64,000 nucleotides of DNA. Source: Octopus bimaculoides (Eukaryota). Shown in pieces: positions 51,981-64,000 of this stretch. Under the pieces are notes generated by a model. That model saw nothing but the letters and a program-made list of their open reading frames with translations. It made no database searches and had not been told where the DNA came from. Position numbers and translations under genes: made by a program. Numbering within the stretch: the first letter of the stretch is position 1; each line of letters opens with the position of its first letter. The stretch spans positions 97,191,861 to 97,255,860 of the forward strand of contig NC_068988.1 in assembly GCF_001194135.2 (NCBI RefSeq), in the 5' to 3' direction.

Positions 51981-53704
51981 CTATAAATTATCCATAGGAG
52001 CTCAGACGAGATAAGTGCCAGTAATCCGTGTGGGTACATTTCCTGATCGGGTAAAATCTCAGTTGCATGTATTTTATGTTCATGTTATAATTTGCAAGAT
52101 ATTAGAAAGAAAACGAGTTCGTAAGATTTGGGGGTCGTAGAGATAGATTTAACAACGTTAATATTTGTTTTGAAAAAAGTTCACTTGGAGGCTATTGATT
52201 GTAAGAACTGCGTTGCAAAGATCCGTTGCTGCATGTTGAATAAAACATAACCTACAGTGAATAAGAAATGTAATGGATTTGAGCTCATAAATATTATTTA
52301 CGGAATTGTTTGATTTGGAAAATTGTGGACATGGAGACAAAGTTAGTTGAAAGAAAGTAGGAATTGTGAAAGACAGTAAAAAGCTGTTCGGTCACTGGTT
52401 AAAAATGATAGCCAGTAAAGATTACTTTTACAAAATAGATTTAGATTTGAACTGTCGTAAGAAACTTTGTGAAGTAGAGATTAGTTCTCAGTAAGACATC
52501 TGGTCAGGTTTCAATTCCAGTACGTGGGACTTCATTTCAATTTAATCAATAATACTTTTTAGTCCTACTATCATATTTTTGTCATATTAAGATATAAGTT
52601 CTTGAATGTAAACAATCTTATATCTCGTAAATATGAATAACAATGAATGATTGAGTTAGTGTGGTGCAATAGATAATGGTGACTGATAACTTCCAACCAC
52701 ATTGGTCTCTCCTTTAAATCCTACTCAGCTATTGAACTGAATAGACTCAAGAATTCAGTGTTCGTAATTTGTATCTGAAATGAAGACCGAATCACGCCTT
52801 CAATTTCACAGTTTGTGTCTTTTAATAGCAGTCATCCAATAGGCAACTTGCTCTATTTTCTGACTATTTTTGCAGTAAAAATACAATGAATAAATAAACA
52901 TATAAAAACAACATGAAAAATTAGTAAAGATTTTCCTAGACTTAAGTGGAATTGGGTGGTGTTTACATTATAAGGCAGGGGGTCTGTTAGTGAAAAGTTG
53001 AGAGACATTAATGCAGAGGTAGATTAAAGTTATGATTAAGCGATTGAAATATTGTGTGTTTATATAATTAGATGTGAGTTTCTGGGTGTGTATTCGTGGA
53101 TCAATAGAGTAGTAATTGGGAAGGTGTGTAGTATTTCATATGTTGGACTATGAGATGTGGGCTGTGAGTTCGATTCCTGAACCCCGTGTTTCTTTTTTAA
53201 AAGAATAAGACATTTCTTTTCATGTTCACTCAGTTGAAATTGAGTACAAGCGACAAATAGGGGTATTTTTAACCCTGCGGGGGTCTGACATCACGTTCAG
53301 GATTCAAGCGAGACTCTTGTACTTTCTGATATTTAAATGTTATGGAAACTGGGGTGAACTCTCTCCTAATGGCCTGTGAGTTCGTGAGGGATTTTATCTA
53401 ATGTGTACATTAGTTAAAATCCTTTAAAACACATTAGTTAAAATAATTATTTTAATGTAATTCTGAGATTTTCAAGGAATGTACATGTAGATTATCAGTG
53501 AATTTTAGTTCAGGGTTATATATTGAAACCAGACACTAGATGTCTGATTAAAATCACATTGACTGTCTTGTTAATTTGTGTGGTAAATAGTTGCTATTAA
53601 AAGGAAAGCTAAAATCAGAAGTTAAATGTACGCGTCGCTGTATCGTTATGGAATCATTAAAATATCGGACTCTTGGCAATTCGAACATAAGTTTAAGTAT
53701 TTGT

Positions 53705-53880
53705 CTTTTATCTTTAACTTGTTTCAGGCATTAGACTGCGGTCATGTTGGGGCAACGCCTTGAAGGATTTAATGGAACAAATCGCTCCCAGTACTTATTT
53801 TATAAGTCTGGCAATTATTGCATCGGCTACTTATTGCTGAACCGCAAACAAACACCCGTTGTCAATTAGGGAGGGACACA
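53705..53880 (+). mobile_element. Family D repeat
   Basis: CTTGTTTCAGGCATTAGACTGCGGTCATGTTGGGGCAACGCCTTGAAGG..., followed by (CA)n. Confidence 0.8.
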
Positions 53881-53947
53881 CACGCACACGCACACGCACA
53901 CACACACGCACACACACACATAATTATTTATTTATTTATTTATTATA

Positions 53948-54250
53948 AAGACCTTCTTCGGTCATGAATGACCATGGGGTTGTACCTAGAAAGTTTCCTT
54001 CTGAGGCACAAGTCCGGGTAAGGTTGTTTATGGAGGACTAGTTGTCGCCCATGCATATCAGCCTCCCCTCAACACGCCACCGATGTTATCCAAAGGAAAA
54101 GCAAAGGCTGATATATTTTGGTATCAGTGACGTCGAAACTCATTTCTACAGCTGAATGAACTGGAGCAACGTGAAATAGAGTGTCTTGCTCAAAAACACA
54201 ACATACAGCCCGGTCCGAGAATCGAATTCACTACCTCATAATTGTGATCC
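53948..54250 (-). mobile_element. Family B2 SINE
   Basis: Reverse complement aligns along its length with 55869-56187 (CATCGGTGGCGTG..GAGGGGA; CTTGTGCC...; TCATTC.TGACCGAAG). Confidence 0.8.
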
Positions 54251-54360
54251 TGACGATTATATAGTATATTTACTGATTGTGAGCCCGACATTTACAATGT
54301 ATATTTACTGTATATTTATTGTTCTTATACAAGAATGCTGTTGACAATGAGTCACAAACA

Positions 54361-54422
<62 letters not shown>

Positions 54423-54429
54423 CATACAT

Positions 54430-54585
54430 GTAATCGACTGACTTCCACAGCGTTTCTGCCTACACAATTCGGGCATTGGTCGAACCAGGGCTATAGTAGA
54501 AAACACCCAAAGTGCCGTGCCGTGGAACTGACCTCGAAAGCACATCGTTGTAAAGCGAGGTAGTAAACCACGCAGCCAGGCCAGC
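54430..54585 (-). mobile_element. Family C SINE, degenerate
   Basis: GCTATAGTAGAAAACACCCAAAGTGCCGTGCCGTGGAACTGACC...AAACCACGCAGCC. Confidence 0.7.
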
Positions 54586-55031
54586 AAAAGTATTTTAATT
54601 TATTGCTTCAGAGTACTTTTATGCAAGGTTTTGATGCCTATCTTAATGTTGATTTAAACGAAAGTAAATTAAATTTATATCTGAGATAAGAATATGCATG
54701 CAGCTTATTGGTCCAACGCTATGGAAAACGAACATAGAGAAACAAATTCTCTCATTATCTCCGATATTAAATTAATTAATCAAGTAATTAATTAAACATC
54801 TCATACATTGATTACAATCAATGTAATACTATAGAGATATATTTAGAGATCATGGAGGTGGGGAAGAACATGAGAAATAGAGACGGGAGGAAGAAGACAA
54901 AAAGAGAGAAACGTGTAAAAGCTGCAATCGAAGCAAGAACGTTGCTGTGAAAAAAAAAAACATAGGAAAGAAGAATGGGAAAACAATAAATTTTACTAGA
55001 ATATCCAAACATTCGTCTATGCAAAAACGTG

Positions 55032-55069
<38 letters not shown>

Positions 55070-55180
55070 NNNNNNNNNNNNNNNNNNNNNNNNNNNNNNN
55101 NNNNNNNNNNNNNNNNNNNNNNNNNNNNNNNNATATATATATATATATATATACATATATGTGTGTGTGTGTGTGCATAT

Positions 55181-55810
55181 ATGATGGCTGACCACTCATG
55201 ATTTAGGAAGACCATTACAGACCGTTGCCGATGTAAAATGCCAGCAATGCCTGTGCATAGGGTTATTTCACCCACGGTCGACTTCACTCGGGCTTGCGCC
55301 TGCGGCTTCCATTATCGACGCAGCGGCCTCCTACTCGAACAGTCATCGAAAAATCGCCACGCTGCTAATCGCGTAACCTAAAATTTTAGGTCCAATACCT
55401 CACAGACCTCTTCACCCTATTGACATGATCCGCATATTGGTACTGCGAGATATCCAGTACCAATATGTGTCGCAGGCTCAAGAATTTGGGGCGCCGCGAT
55501 CTCAAGCAGAAGCAAAATATATCCCAAATGTCCAATGCCATTCCTTGCATGTCCAGTTTTATATTAGAGTGACCTCTAAGAGATATGCTTTAACAAAAGC
55601 TGAGGAGTGCTTGGCGGAGTGAGAATTCATGACGGCCTGTGCTATTGCTAGATAATCGTTGAACTTACACTTGGTTCATCTGTTTTTTGACAAGTTTTGG
55701 TTTTAGTCCTACTGAGTCTCTAGCAACCGCCCTAACCAGCAAGCCTAGTTGGGAGGTGGTATTTTAGTCACCGACGATCCGACCATGCAACAATTTCTAC
55801 AGGATTTCAT
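55181..55810 (-). mobile_element. Non-coding RTE-like retroposon with internal 28S-rRNA-like segment
   Basis: Minus-strand 3' end ...GGTCTTCCTAAATCATGAGTGGTCAGCCATCAT abuts a microsatellite and resembles an RTE tail. No long ORF. LSU-like block at 55265-55337. Confidence 0.5.
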
Positions 55811-55868
55811 GTTACCAGTAGCACTCAAAAGAGAACTACCAGTGAGCTGACATAAGTATATTTATATG

Positions 55869-56187
55869 TGAAGGCGCATGGCTCAGTGGTTTGAGATTCA
55901 GGCTTATAATCGTGAGGTTGTGAGTTCGATTCTCGGACTGGATTGTGTATTGTTGAACTGAACACTTTAGTTCGCGTCGCTCCAGTTCTCTCAGCGGTAG
56001 AAATTCGTTGCGATGTCACTGGCGCCAAGCTATATCGGTATTTGCCTTTTCCTTGCACAACATCGGTGGCGTGGAGAGGGGAGACATGCGGGGGCGGCGG
56101 CTGGTCTTCCACAAATAACCTTGTCTAGACTTGTGCCTTGGAAGGGAACTAAGTACAGTCCCATGATCATTCGTGACCGAAGTGGGT
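55869..56187 (+). mobile_element. Family B2 SINE, near full length
   Basis: GAAGGCGCATGGCTCAGTGGTTTGAG...GAGTTCGATTCTC (A/B boxes). Body shared with 53948-54250. Confidence 0.85.
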
Positions 56188-56408
56188 CTTTACCCTTTAC
56201 CCATATATATATATATATATATATACAGAGAGAGAGAGAGAGAGAGAGAGAGGGTATGAGAGGTAATGGTGTCAATAAGACCCAAAGGTGTCAGGTAATG
56301 GTAAGTGCTATGGTCAGACCATAGTTGAGCTCCAAGTTTGGTGATTATGCAAATAAGGAGTCGACCGTAGGTCATATATCAGCATGTGTATATATAAACA
56401 AATATTTT

Positions 56409-56439
<31 letters not shown>

Positions 56440-56519
56440 NNNNNNNNNNNNNNNNNNNNNNNNNNNNNNNNNNNNNNNNNNNNNNNATATACACACACAT
56501 ACATGTCCGTATGTATATA

Positions 56520-56690
56520 CGTATGGTCGGTTCCGTAAGTAATTTTTGTATGATGATTTAGCCAAGAGTAAAAAGAGAATAAGTACCTGGCTTACAAAGA
56601 ATAAGTCCTGGAGTCGATTTGTTCGACTACAGGCGGTGCTTCAGCATGGCCACATTTAACTCTACTGAAACAAATAAAAGAATAAAAGAA
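56520..56690 (-). mobile_element. Family D repeat
   Basis: GTCGATTTGTTCGACTACAGGCGGTGCTTCAGCATGGCCAC...CTGAAACAAATAAAAGAATAAAAGAATA. Confidence 0.75.
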
Positions 56691-57847
56691 TATCCATTAT
56701 ACGGCATCTCAAGTTGCAGTGAACATGGAAAAGAATGTGCGTTAGGAACATTCTACTAAGACAATACTCTGGACTTTTCTAGTTTTGACTCAATGAAACA
56801 TTGAAGATATGATCGCTGAAAAGAGTAAAGGCAATAATACTTAGGAAACGGGAACATTGTGAAAGGAAGAGACTTGCTCACGATCACAAGGTGCATTCTA
56901 GTGATGACCTCATAATATGAGTCAAACACCCTACGTAAGCTTTAAACCATACACATTCATGAACACATGCGCACAGAGATATATAAGTAGACTCACAACA
57001 CACACACGCATGCATACACACATACACAGACACACAGAGACACACGCTCATACACACGCACGCTCATACACACGCACGCGCATGCACACGCACGCGCATG
57101 CATGCACACACACATACACACACATACATGCACATACACACACATAAACACACACGCGCACAATATATGTGTATGTAAAAGGTACGAAAATCGAATACAA
57201 AGATTGAACAACAGAAAGATAGAATGTGTGTGTGCGTGTGTGTGTGCGTGTCCGTGCGTGTGTGTGCGCGCGTGTGTGTGTGTGTGTGATGGGGGACGAG
57301 AGTCATAGATCGTAAATAGATGCTATCAACAGTTGGATAAAGAGAGAGAAAAAGATTGAAAATATGGAGAGACGAAGCAAACCAGAGACCGAAAGAAACA
57401 GTGAATGGTTCGAGGTACGGAAAAGAAAGAAAAAAAAACGAAGCTAAAAGAAAAAGAAAAACAAGCAAAAGGAAATACAGAGAGGCACAGTTACTGGGAG
57501 GAAGAGAAGGAGACTTACGATAGCAGTCATATCAACAAAACAAGTGTCATTTTACTGTTTGCCAAAATTAATGACGTTTAGTGAAGGTTTTGCGCACTGA
57601 GCCATCATTTCTTGTATGGCGGGAAAGAAACGAGTGACAATTCTCATCCCACATGGTCTTTTAGAGCAATTAGTTTATTATGCTAAAAGGGTGCGCTCGA
57701 GTGCATGAGACCCGCTGCGTATGTAAACGAACGTTGTGTGGCGGTTTCCCCGGTGTGCTGGAATAATATTTAAAGAAATATGAAAATGAAACGCTTTAAA
57801 AATGGTTTCTGTGAAATCAAATATCAAATTAGATTACCACTGCCGAA

Positions 57848-57879
<32 letters not shown>

Positions 57880-57895
57880 CATTTATGCGTGTATG

Positions 57896-57973
<78 letters not shown>

Positions 57974-58080
57974 GCACATGTATTTATGCATATACATGTG
58001 TCTGTATGTATGTGCGTGCGTGTGTGTGCGCAATTAACGACTGTGATTTATTATATATACACACACGTATATATATATAC

Positions 58081-58114
<34 letters not shown>

Positions 58115-58129
58115 CACATAGATACATAC

Positions 58130-58188
<59 letters not shown>

Positions 58189-58553
58189 NNNNNNNNNNNN
58201 NNNNNNNNNNNNNNNNNNNNNNNNNNNNNNNNNNNNNNNNNNNNNNNNNNNNTGTGTATATATATATATATATATATATATAGTATATAAATATATATGT
58301 GTATGTGTGTGTATACAGCAGGTGTCCCATAAATAAGGCAGTATTTAATCATTTCTTTAATGGGGAATGCATCTTTATTTATGGAGCAGCTGATGTGTGT
58401 TTATGTATGGAATGTATACATACATGTTTGTGTGTGTACTGTGGATATGAATATATAAGTATATGTAATTAAAGATTATATGAATGTTTGTGTCTGTGTA
58501 TAGAAATAGAGATGCTAATAGTGCGTAAGACATATGGATAAGCATATAGGTAC

Positions 58554-58588
<35 letters not shown>

Positions 58589-58684
58589 TGTGAATGATTT
58601 TGCCGGAAATGTGGTTAACATAAGAAAATAAGATTAGATAACTCTTGTTTTATTTTGCCAATAGTGTTGTATTGTCATTATTAT

Positions 58685-58860
58685 CAGAATCGTTAACACG
58701 CCGGCCAAACTGCCTAGTGATATTTCATCTGTCTTTACGTTCTGAGTTTAAGTTCCACCGAGGGATCGATAACATAAGAACCATTTGAACAATGGGGTTG
58801 ATGTATTCGACTTATCTCTTCCCTCAAAATTGCTGGCCTTGTGTCAAAATTTGAAATCAT
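58685..58860 (+). mobile_element. Family A SINE with internal deletion
   Basis: CAGAATCGTTAACACGCCGG...CGTTCTGAGTTTAAGTTCCACCGAGG...CCTTGTGTCAAAATTTGAAATC. Confidence 0.8.
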
Positions 58861-61759
58861 CATTATTATTTTGCAGACCTCTATTTGTGTCTCAACGAGA
58901 GAAGTATCATATGGTCGATTTAATTGCTAGAAGTTCAATTCATAACCTGCTGTCTTTTAAAATTGAAACAAGCTATCTGATGAAAGGATATTCTTTGAAT
59001 ATGAGTCTACTTCATCAGACCTGATTTGAGCATAAGCAACAAAAATGAAGTAAAAAAATTCATTAAATCCTCCTCCTCCTTATCATCATCATCACCATCG
59101 TCCTCAATATCATTTTCAATGTCAACAGCGTTGCATTCACTGTTATTGCCATCATCGACGCCTCACGACTGACATGATTGTCGGACTTCCGTTTAATGAC
59201 GCAGCCATGATCATTATTATTCTGGATGATAAATAGATAGTTAATGAGTTTCAGCTGACAGAGGAGGACACACACAAATACGCACACATAATAAACTCAT
59301 TGTCTTATACACAGGATTAAATTCACACACGTATGTTTTATTGATAACCCAAATTCAGACAAAAGAACATTTTTTTTTTATGACAGGAGCTAGAACAAAA
59401 GCACAGTAGTACAAGTCTGACATAAATGAATGAGAGAACTTCATGATACACTATAAAAAAAGAAGTGAAGGTTACGTTCGATAAGCACCCTCTGCAATTA
59501 CCTAACATAATCAAAAATAGTATTTAGTAACCTAAAACGAAAGATTATTTTCCTTTACATATGTGTTCAATATTCGACTTTAATTTTATTCTAATAACTA
59601 TTAGCGTCACCAGCTTCTGAAGGAAATTGTATTGTTATGCAATTACGGTGTGTATGCTAAAATATTTCAACTACATTTCGGTTTGCATGTAATTCACGCA
59701 GCATAAGATATATATAAAACTTGATTCTTGACTTCGTATGAAAGAAAACAAATGGGAAAATATCTAATATCAAATATAATTAACAATTGTCTACAGCTGT
59801 GGGTAAATAGCAATGTATAATAAATTTAAGATGGTTTTAAAGTCATTTAGTACCATGGTGAAGGAAGAAGAATAAGGATACAAGCTATTTTGCCCTTTCA
59901 TTAACAAAGAGCAGGAACAAAAAGTTACCGTAATAATTTCTAGTAGCGATGGTGGTGGTGGTGGTGGTGGTTGTAAGTAGTCAGTTTAAAAACAACATTA
60001 TATACCATTGTAAAATCATTGTCCTCGTGAATGAGTCATAACAAACATAAAAACACATAAGCCGTTTTACTACTCACATTCGTTCGTGGTGGTATTGTAT
60101 ACTATAAAGTTGGGCGAATGCAAGTCAGATACGGAAGAACTGTGATACATGTGGAATTATATCAGTGACCACATCGTTAATGCACAGCGAAATATTTTGA
60201 AGCTTTATAGTACATAGAAGGCTCTCAGTAAATAAGACGAAAAGCAAATATAAATCGTATTGCGCGGTCTTCTAAATGACTATCGTAACTCTACTACGAT
60301 GTACCAATTTATCTTGATCTGAAACAATCCGATCGCTTGCTGGCAAAGTACATCTCCGAAAAAAAACTGAAAAGAAAACTTTGCCTTCTAACTAACTAAT
60401 GACGAATTGGCTGAAGCAATGGAGTCCTAGAAATAAATCCACACAGTATTCGTTCTGACACACTACATTTTGAGTTGAAATCCGGTAACGCTCAGCTTTA
60501 TATTTCATCCTTTCAAGGTCAATCAATCAGGAAAGTTCCAATCCAGGGCGGTGGATTGGTGGAACTGTAAGAATGTAGGACCGGATGCCTTGCAGTATTT
60601 GTTCCAGCTCTCTATGTTCTGAGTTCAAATCGTGCCAGGGCTCACATGTATGGTAGACTTAATCTGTCACCTGATTTAATACTGCCATCTGACAAAGTGA
60701 ATGTCTTGAGTGGAATCTACTTTGTAGCAAGCATTTGGGCCATGTCTCCGATTTGAAGATGCTGTCTTCTCTATCTCCCTTCCGCTTGTCTCGAAGGTCT
60801 TCTAAGAGTTATAGTTATTTTCTTCTCTGCTGACTAAAAAGTTCAAAGAATTTTTAATAAAAATATAAATGTTCTAACCTTAGTGATTTTAAACCAAACA
60901 ATCACACAACAGATGAGACATAAACAGTTACAGCTAACTACGTATCGGTTTGATATTTTAAATAAAGAAAACTATAGAAGCTGTGTACTATATTGAGAAT
61001 TAATATTTGAATAGATACCACCATTAAACATGTATAATATTACAGGAACTTCTGCAACAACAAAAAAAAACACAATGAAATGAAAAAATAAAAAATATAA
61101 GTTGGGATGAACCAATTCTGTAGACGAAATCACTACTACGTAATAAAGAATCGCAAACAAATAGCTGAGCATGGAAATTGAATATTTCAATCATTTTCTG
61201 GCCCATAACACTTTACAAACTCAAGTGTGTATGTAATGCCACATCATGTATTAGAATTACAACATATACCCGCAATAACAAAATCCGCAAACAAAACACA
61301 AGCCGACATTAAATTTTTTTTTAGAAAATAAAATAAAAATAAATCAACAAAACGAAGAAAGAAGCAAAAAAACAAAAACTAAAATTACAAAATTTCTTTA
61401 TTCAATATAAACCATTTCAACGTATTTTTTTCTTCACTTCATTTTTTTTTTATATATATTTTTTACTTGCGATGATTGGTGCTACTTTTGTTAATCTCTT
61501 CCATGTTTGAATATAGTAGCGTTTGTTGACAGTGTGAGCAAGTTGTAAGAGACTTTACTGTTTCATGTCCGTTTTTGTTTTTTCTCTCTTTCTTTTTCTT
61601 TACTTCCTTGCCCCTTCTTTACTTGTTTGTTTGCTTGTTTCTTTCTTTCTATTGTTCCGCTTTACTGATATAACACATTTTGACAACAGCAACAACGTAA
61701 AATTACCATTCCCATACAGACTGATCAATTTCTCCTCCTCTTCATGTTTTGAAACGTAC

Positions 61760-61809
<50 letters not shown>

Positions 61810-62983
61810 TCACAGTAACAACAACCACAACAATAATAACAATACATGGTTAGTTGTCTACACTTGCTCGCTAGTTTGTTTCTGATTTGATATACATATC
61901 TTTTATATGCTTCGGAAAGGACTAAAAATACAGAATTGATAACGAAATCCTTCCCAAAGGACAGCAACTGTTGTTGTTCTCATTATTATTAGTTTCTTTT
62001 TGTTGTTGATATTTTTGTTTTTTTGTATTTATATATTTATTTTTGCATATTTTGCACGCTTCTCTGAAAGATTGGTATTTCCATAGCAGACGCTTCCAGA
62101 AAAGAAACTTAAACCCAACAGAGACTTCGTAACGTAGACTTCCCTCTAAACAAGATCAGTTTCCATCAACTAAGTTATAAATGGCGGAATTCTGCTGAAT
62201 TGGAGAATTTCTCCTGTTTCTAGATTTTTTTTGTTTCTTCTTTACTATCTTTACTAATTTTTTTTTAATATTTTTATTTTTATTTCTTTCTTCCTTTTAC
62301 TTTCCATTTTTTTTTTTAGTTGTTTTTGGTATTCTTTATGTACCTATTTACAAGTATATAGACGAAATGACTTCATTTTTGCAGAATTTTAATAACTGTT
62401 TACGTTTTATGTATCCGTTTATTTTCAGTAACATAATTCATTGTTGAAATTTTCAGCATTCCGTAGAATACACTCTAGGTATCTGGATTCATAGTAGCTT
62501 TTCTCCTCTTCCTTTCAATTTTGCAGCAGTAGCAGCAGCAGCCTGAAAAAGCAGTAGCAGCTGCAGCTATAGTGGTTATGGTGATTATGGCCGTAGATCA
62601 GCCCTAATTTAATTGACAAAAGATCGATTACATTTCATCCGAGACCCTCTGTCACTTATTTAGGCTTCGTGTATGTAGGTCTATATTATCGACAGTGTCC
62701 TTCCATTTTATTTGAAAAACAAAAGAAAAGAATTGTACGGTATAATTTCAGGGAGATATGACTGCTCTTTCCAGAAGTTTATGTACCCATCTAGAGTTTC
62801 TCTCATTCACTTATCGTCGTTATGGTGGTGGTGGTGGTGGTAGTGGTGGTGGTGGTGGTGGTGGTGGTTGTGGTAGTCATCGTCTTCATTGTAGTAGTTA
62901 ATAGTCGTAGCAGCAACATCAGTAGTAAGAGTAATAGTATCATCATTATCAGTAGATGTAGTAGCAGAGGTATTAGCAGTTGC

Positions 62984-63023
<40 letters not shown>

Positions 63024-63074
63024 ATAGTAGTAGTAGTAGTAGTATTTATTACCAGACAAAATTTTTCAAGATGT

Positions 63075-63237
63075 TTCTTCCGCCTTCACGTTCTGAATTC
63101 AAATTCCGCCGAGGTGTATTTTGCATTTCATCCTTTTGGGGGTTGATAAAATAAGTACCAGCTGAGCACTGGGGCCGATGTAATCGACTTGCCCCCTCCC
63201 GCTGAACTTGCTGGTCTTGTGCTATAATTTGAGACGA
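63075..63237 (+). mobile_element. Family A SINE, 5'-truncated
   Basis: CACGTTCTGAATTCAAATTCCGCCGAGG...GTACCAGCTGAGCACTGGGGCCGATGTAATCGAC. Confidence 0.85.
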
Positions 63238-63423
63238 TTATCATTATTATTATGAATGTTTCTTTTTTTCAGTTTTGTTTCCGTTTCCCGCCGAGTGTCT
63301 TCCCGACACTTAGGACAAAGAAATACATAGTATAAATCGATAGGCCACTAAAATAAGCACATTATTATTATTATTATCCTTTTTATTATTATTGTTGTTG
63401 TTGTTGTTGTTGTTGTTAGTATT

Positions 63424-63637
63424 TAGGCGGCGAGCTGGCAGAATCGTTAGAACGGTGGGCAAAATGCTTAGCGGTATTACGTCCGTCTTTACTTACTCAG
63501 TTCAAATTCCACCGAAGTCGACTTTGCCTTTCATCCTTTCGAGGTAGATAAATTAAGTACCAGTAAAGTACTGGAGTCGATGTGGTCGACTTCCCCACCT
63601 CCAAAATGTAAGGCCTTGTGCATTTAGTAGAAAGGAT
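63424..63637 (+). mobile_element. Family A SINE, full length
   Basis: AGGCGGCGAGCTGGCAGAATCGTTAG...CAGTTCAAATTCCACCGAAGTCGACTTTGCCTTTCATCC. Confidence 0.92.
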
Positions 63638-64000
63638 TATTATTATTATTGTGTTGTTGTTGTTGTTATTGTTAGTAGTAGTTGTAATGGTATTAGTAAT
63701 CTAATGCAACAAGGGGGCTGTAGAGTTATCCCGTTTTGATTGCATTCAGTAGTAGTCTAACCGCCCTCTCCAATTCTAAGCACATTATATGCTATGTCTC
63801 GATAAATACACACTCATTTGCAACGAATGTTTATTTCTTTTATATTTTTCGTTTTCTCTCTTCAAATGTCCACATCATTCAAAAAGGAGGGAAAAACAAT
63901 ATTTCCGAGAATAAAAATCAATTAGTAATTCTTTTTTGTTTTCATGCTTCCTTGTGTTTCATTTAAAAAGATGTGTAATCTTCTTTTGTGTGTATATATA

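Noticed and set aside
55265-55337. Genuine rRNA gene
   Set aside because: Only about 70 nt, diverged, with no flanking rDNA. Treated as a captured fragment instead.
976-63154. Dozens of track ORFs rich in YI, CV, HT, SL, RE, poly-N, poly-I or X
   Set aside because: They are translations of (TA)n, (CA)n, (GA)n, (AAT)n microsatellites or N gaps, and lack stops only because of repeat composition.
1-64000. CRISPR arrays, operons or prokaryotic systems
   Set aside because: No regularly spaced repeat-spacer array and no dense coding. All dispersed repeats are explained by eukaryotic SINE, LINE and MITE families.

Overview
Eukaryotic, AT-rich, extremely microsatellite-dense draft-assembly sequence with many N gaps, most flanked by (TA)n. 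The recurring tRNA-head SINE families, Dong/R4, RTE, CR1/L2 and Tx1-like LINE relics and Penelope-type motifs look like an Octopus (coleoid cephalopod) genome. This is inferred from pattern recognition, not a database search. No host protein-coding gene can be called with confidence. The window reads as intergenic or intronic, with one plausible first coding exon at 7317-7384 inside a repeat-free island. Almost all ORFs in the supplied track are microsatellite artefacts or transposon remnants. The most striking observation is a 377-bp TA-flanked palindromic element (39241-39617, 132-bp arms, 123/132 identical) whose centre holds a nearly canonical minimal type I hammerhead ribozyme, i.e. a rod-folding RNA with a self-cleaving motif at its tip. 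Other notable items: several degenerate Penelope-type hammerhead relics, a non-autonomous RTE-like element with an internal 28S-rRNA-like segment, a SINE-head/Dong-R4-tail chimera, and same-family SINEs stacked at reused target sites in a head-to-head cluster. SINE family labels A-D are my own working names. Repeat boundaries are approximate unless exact motifs are quoted.
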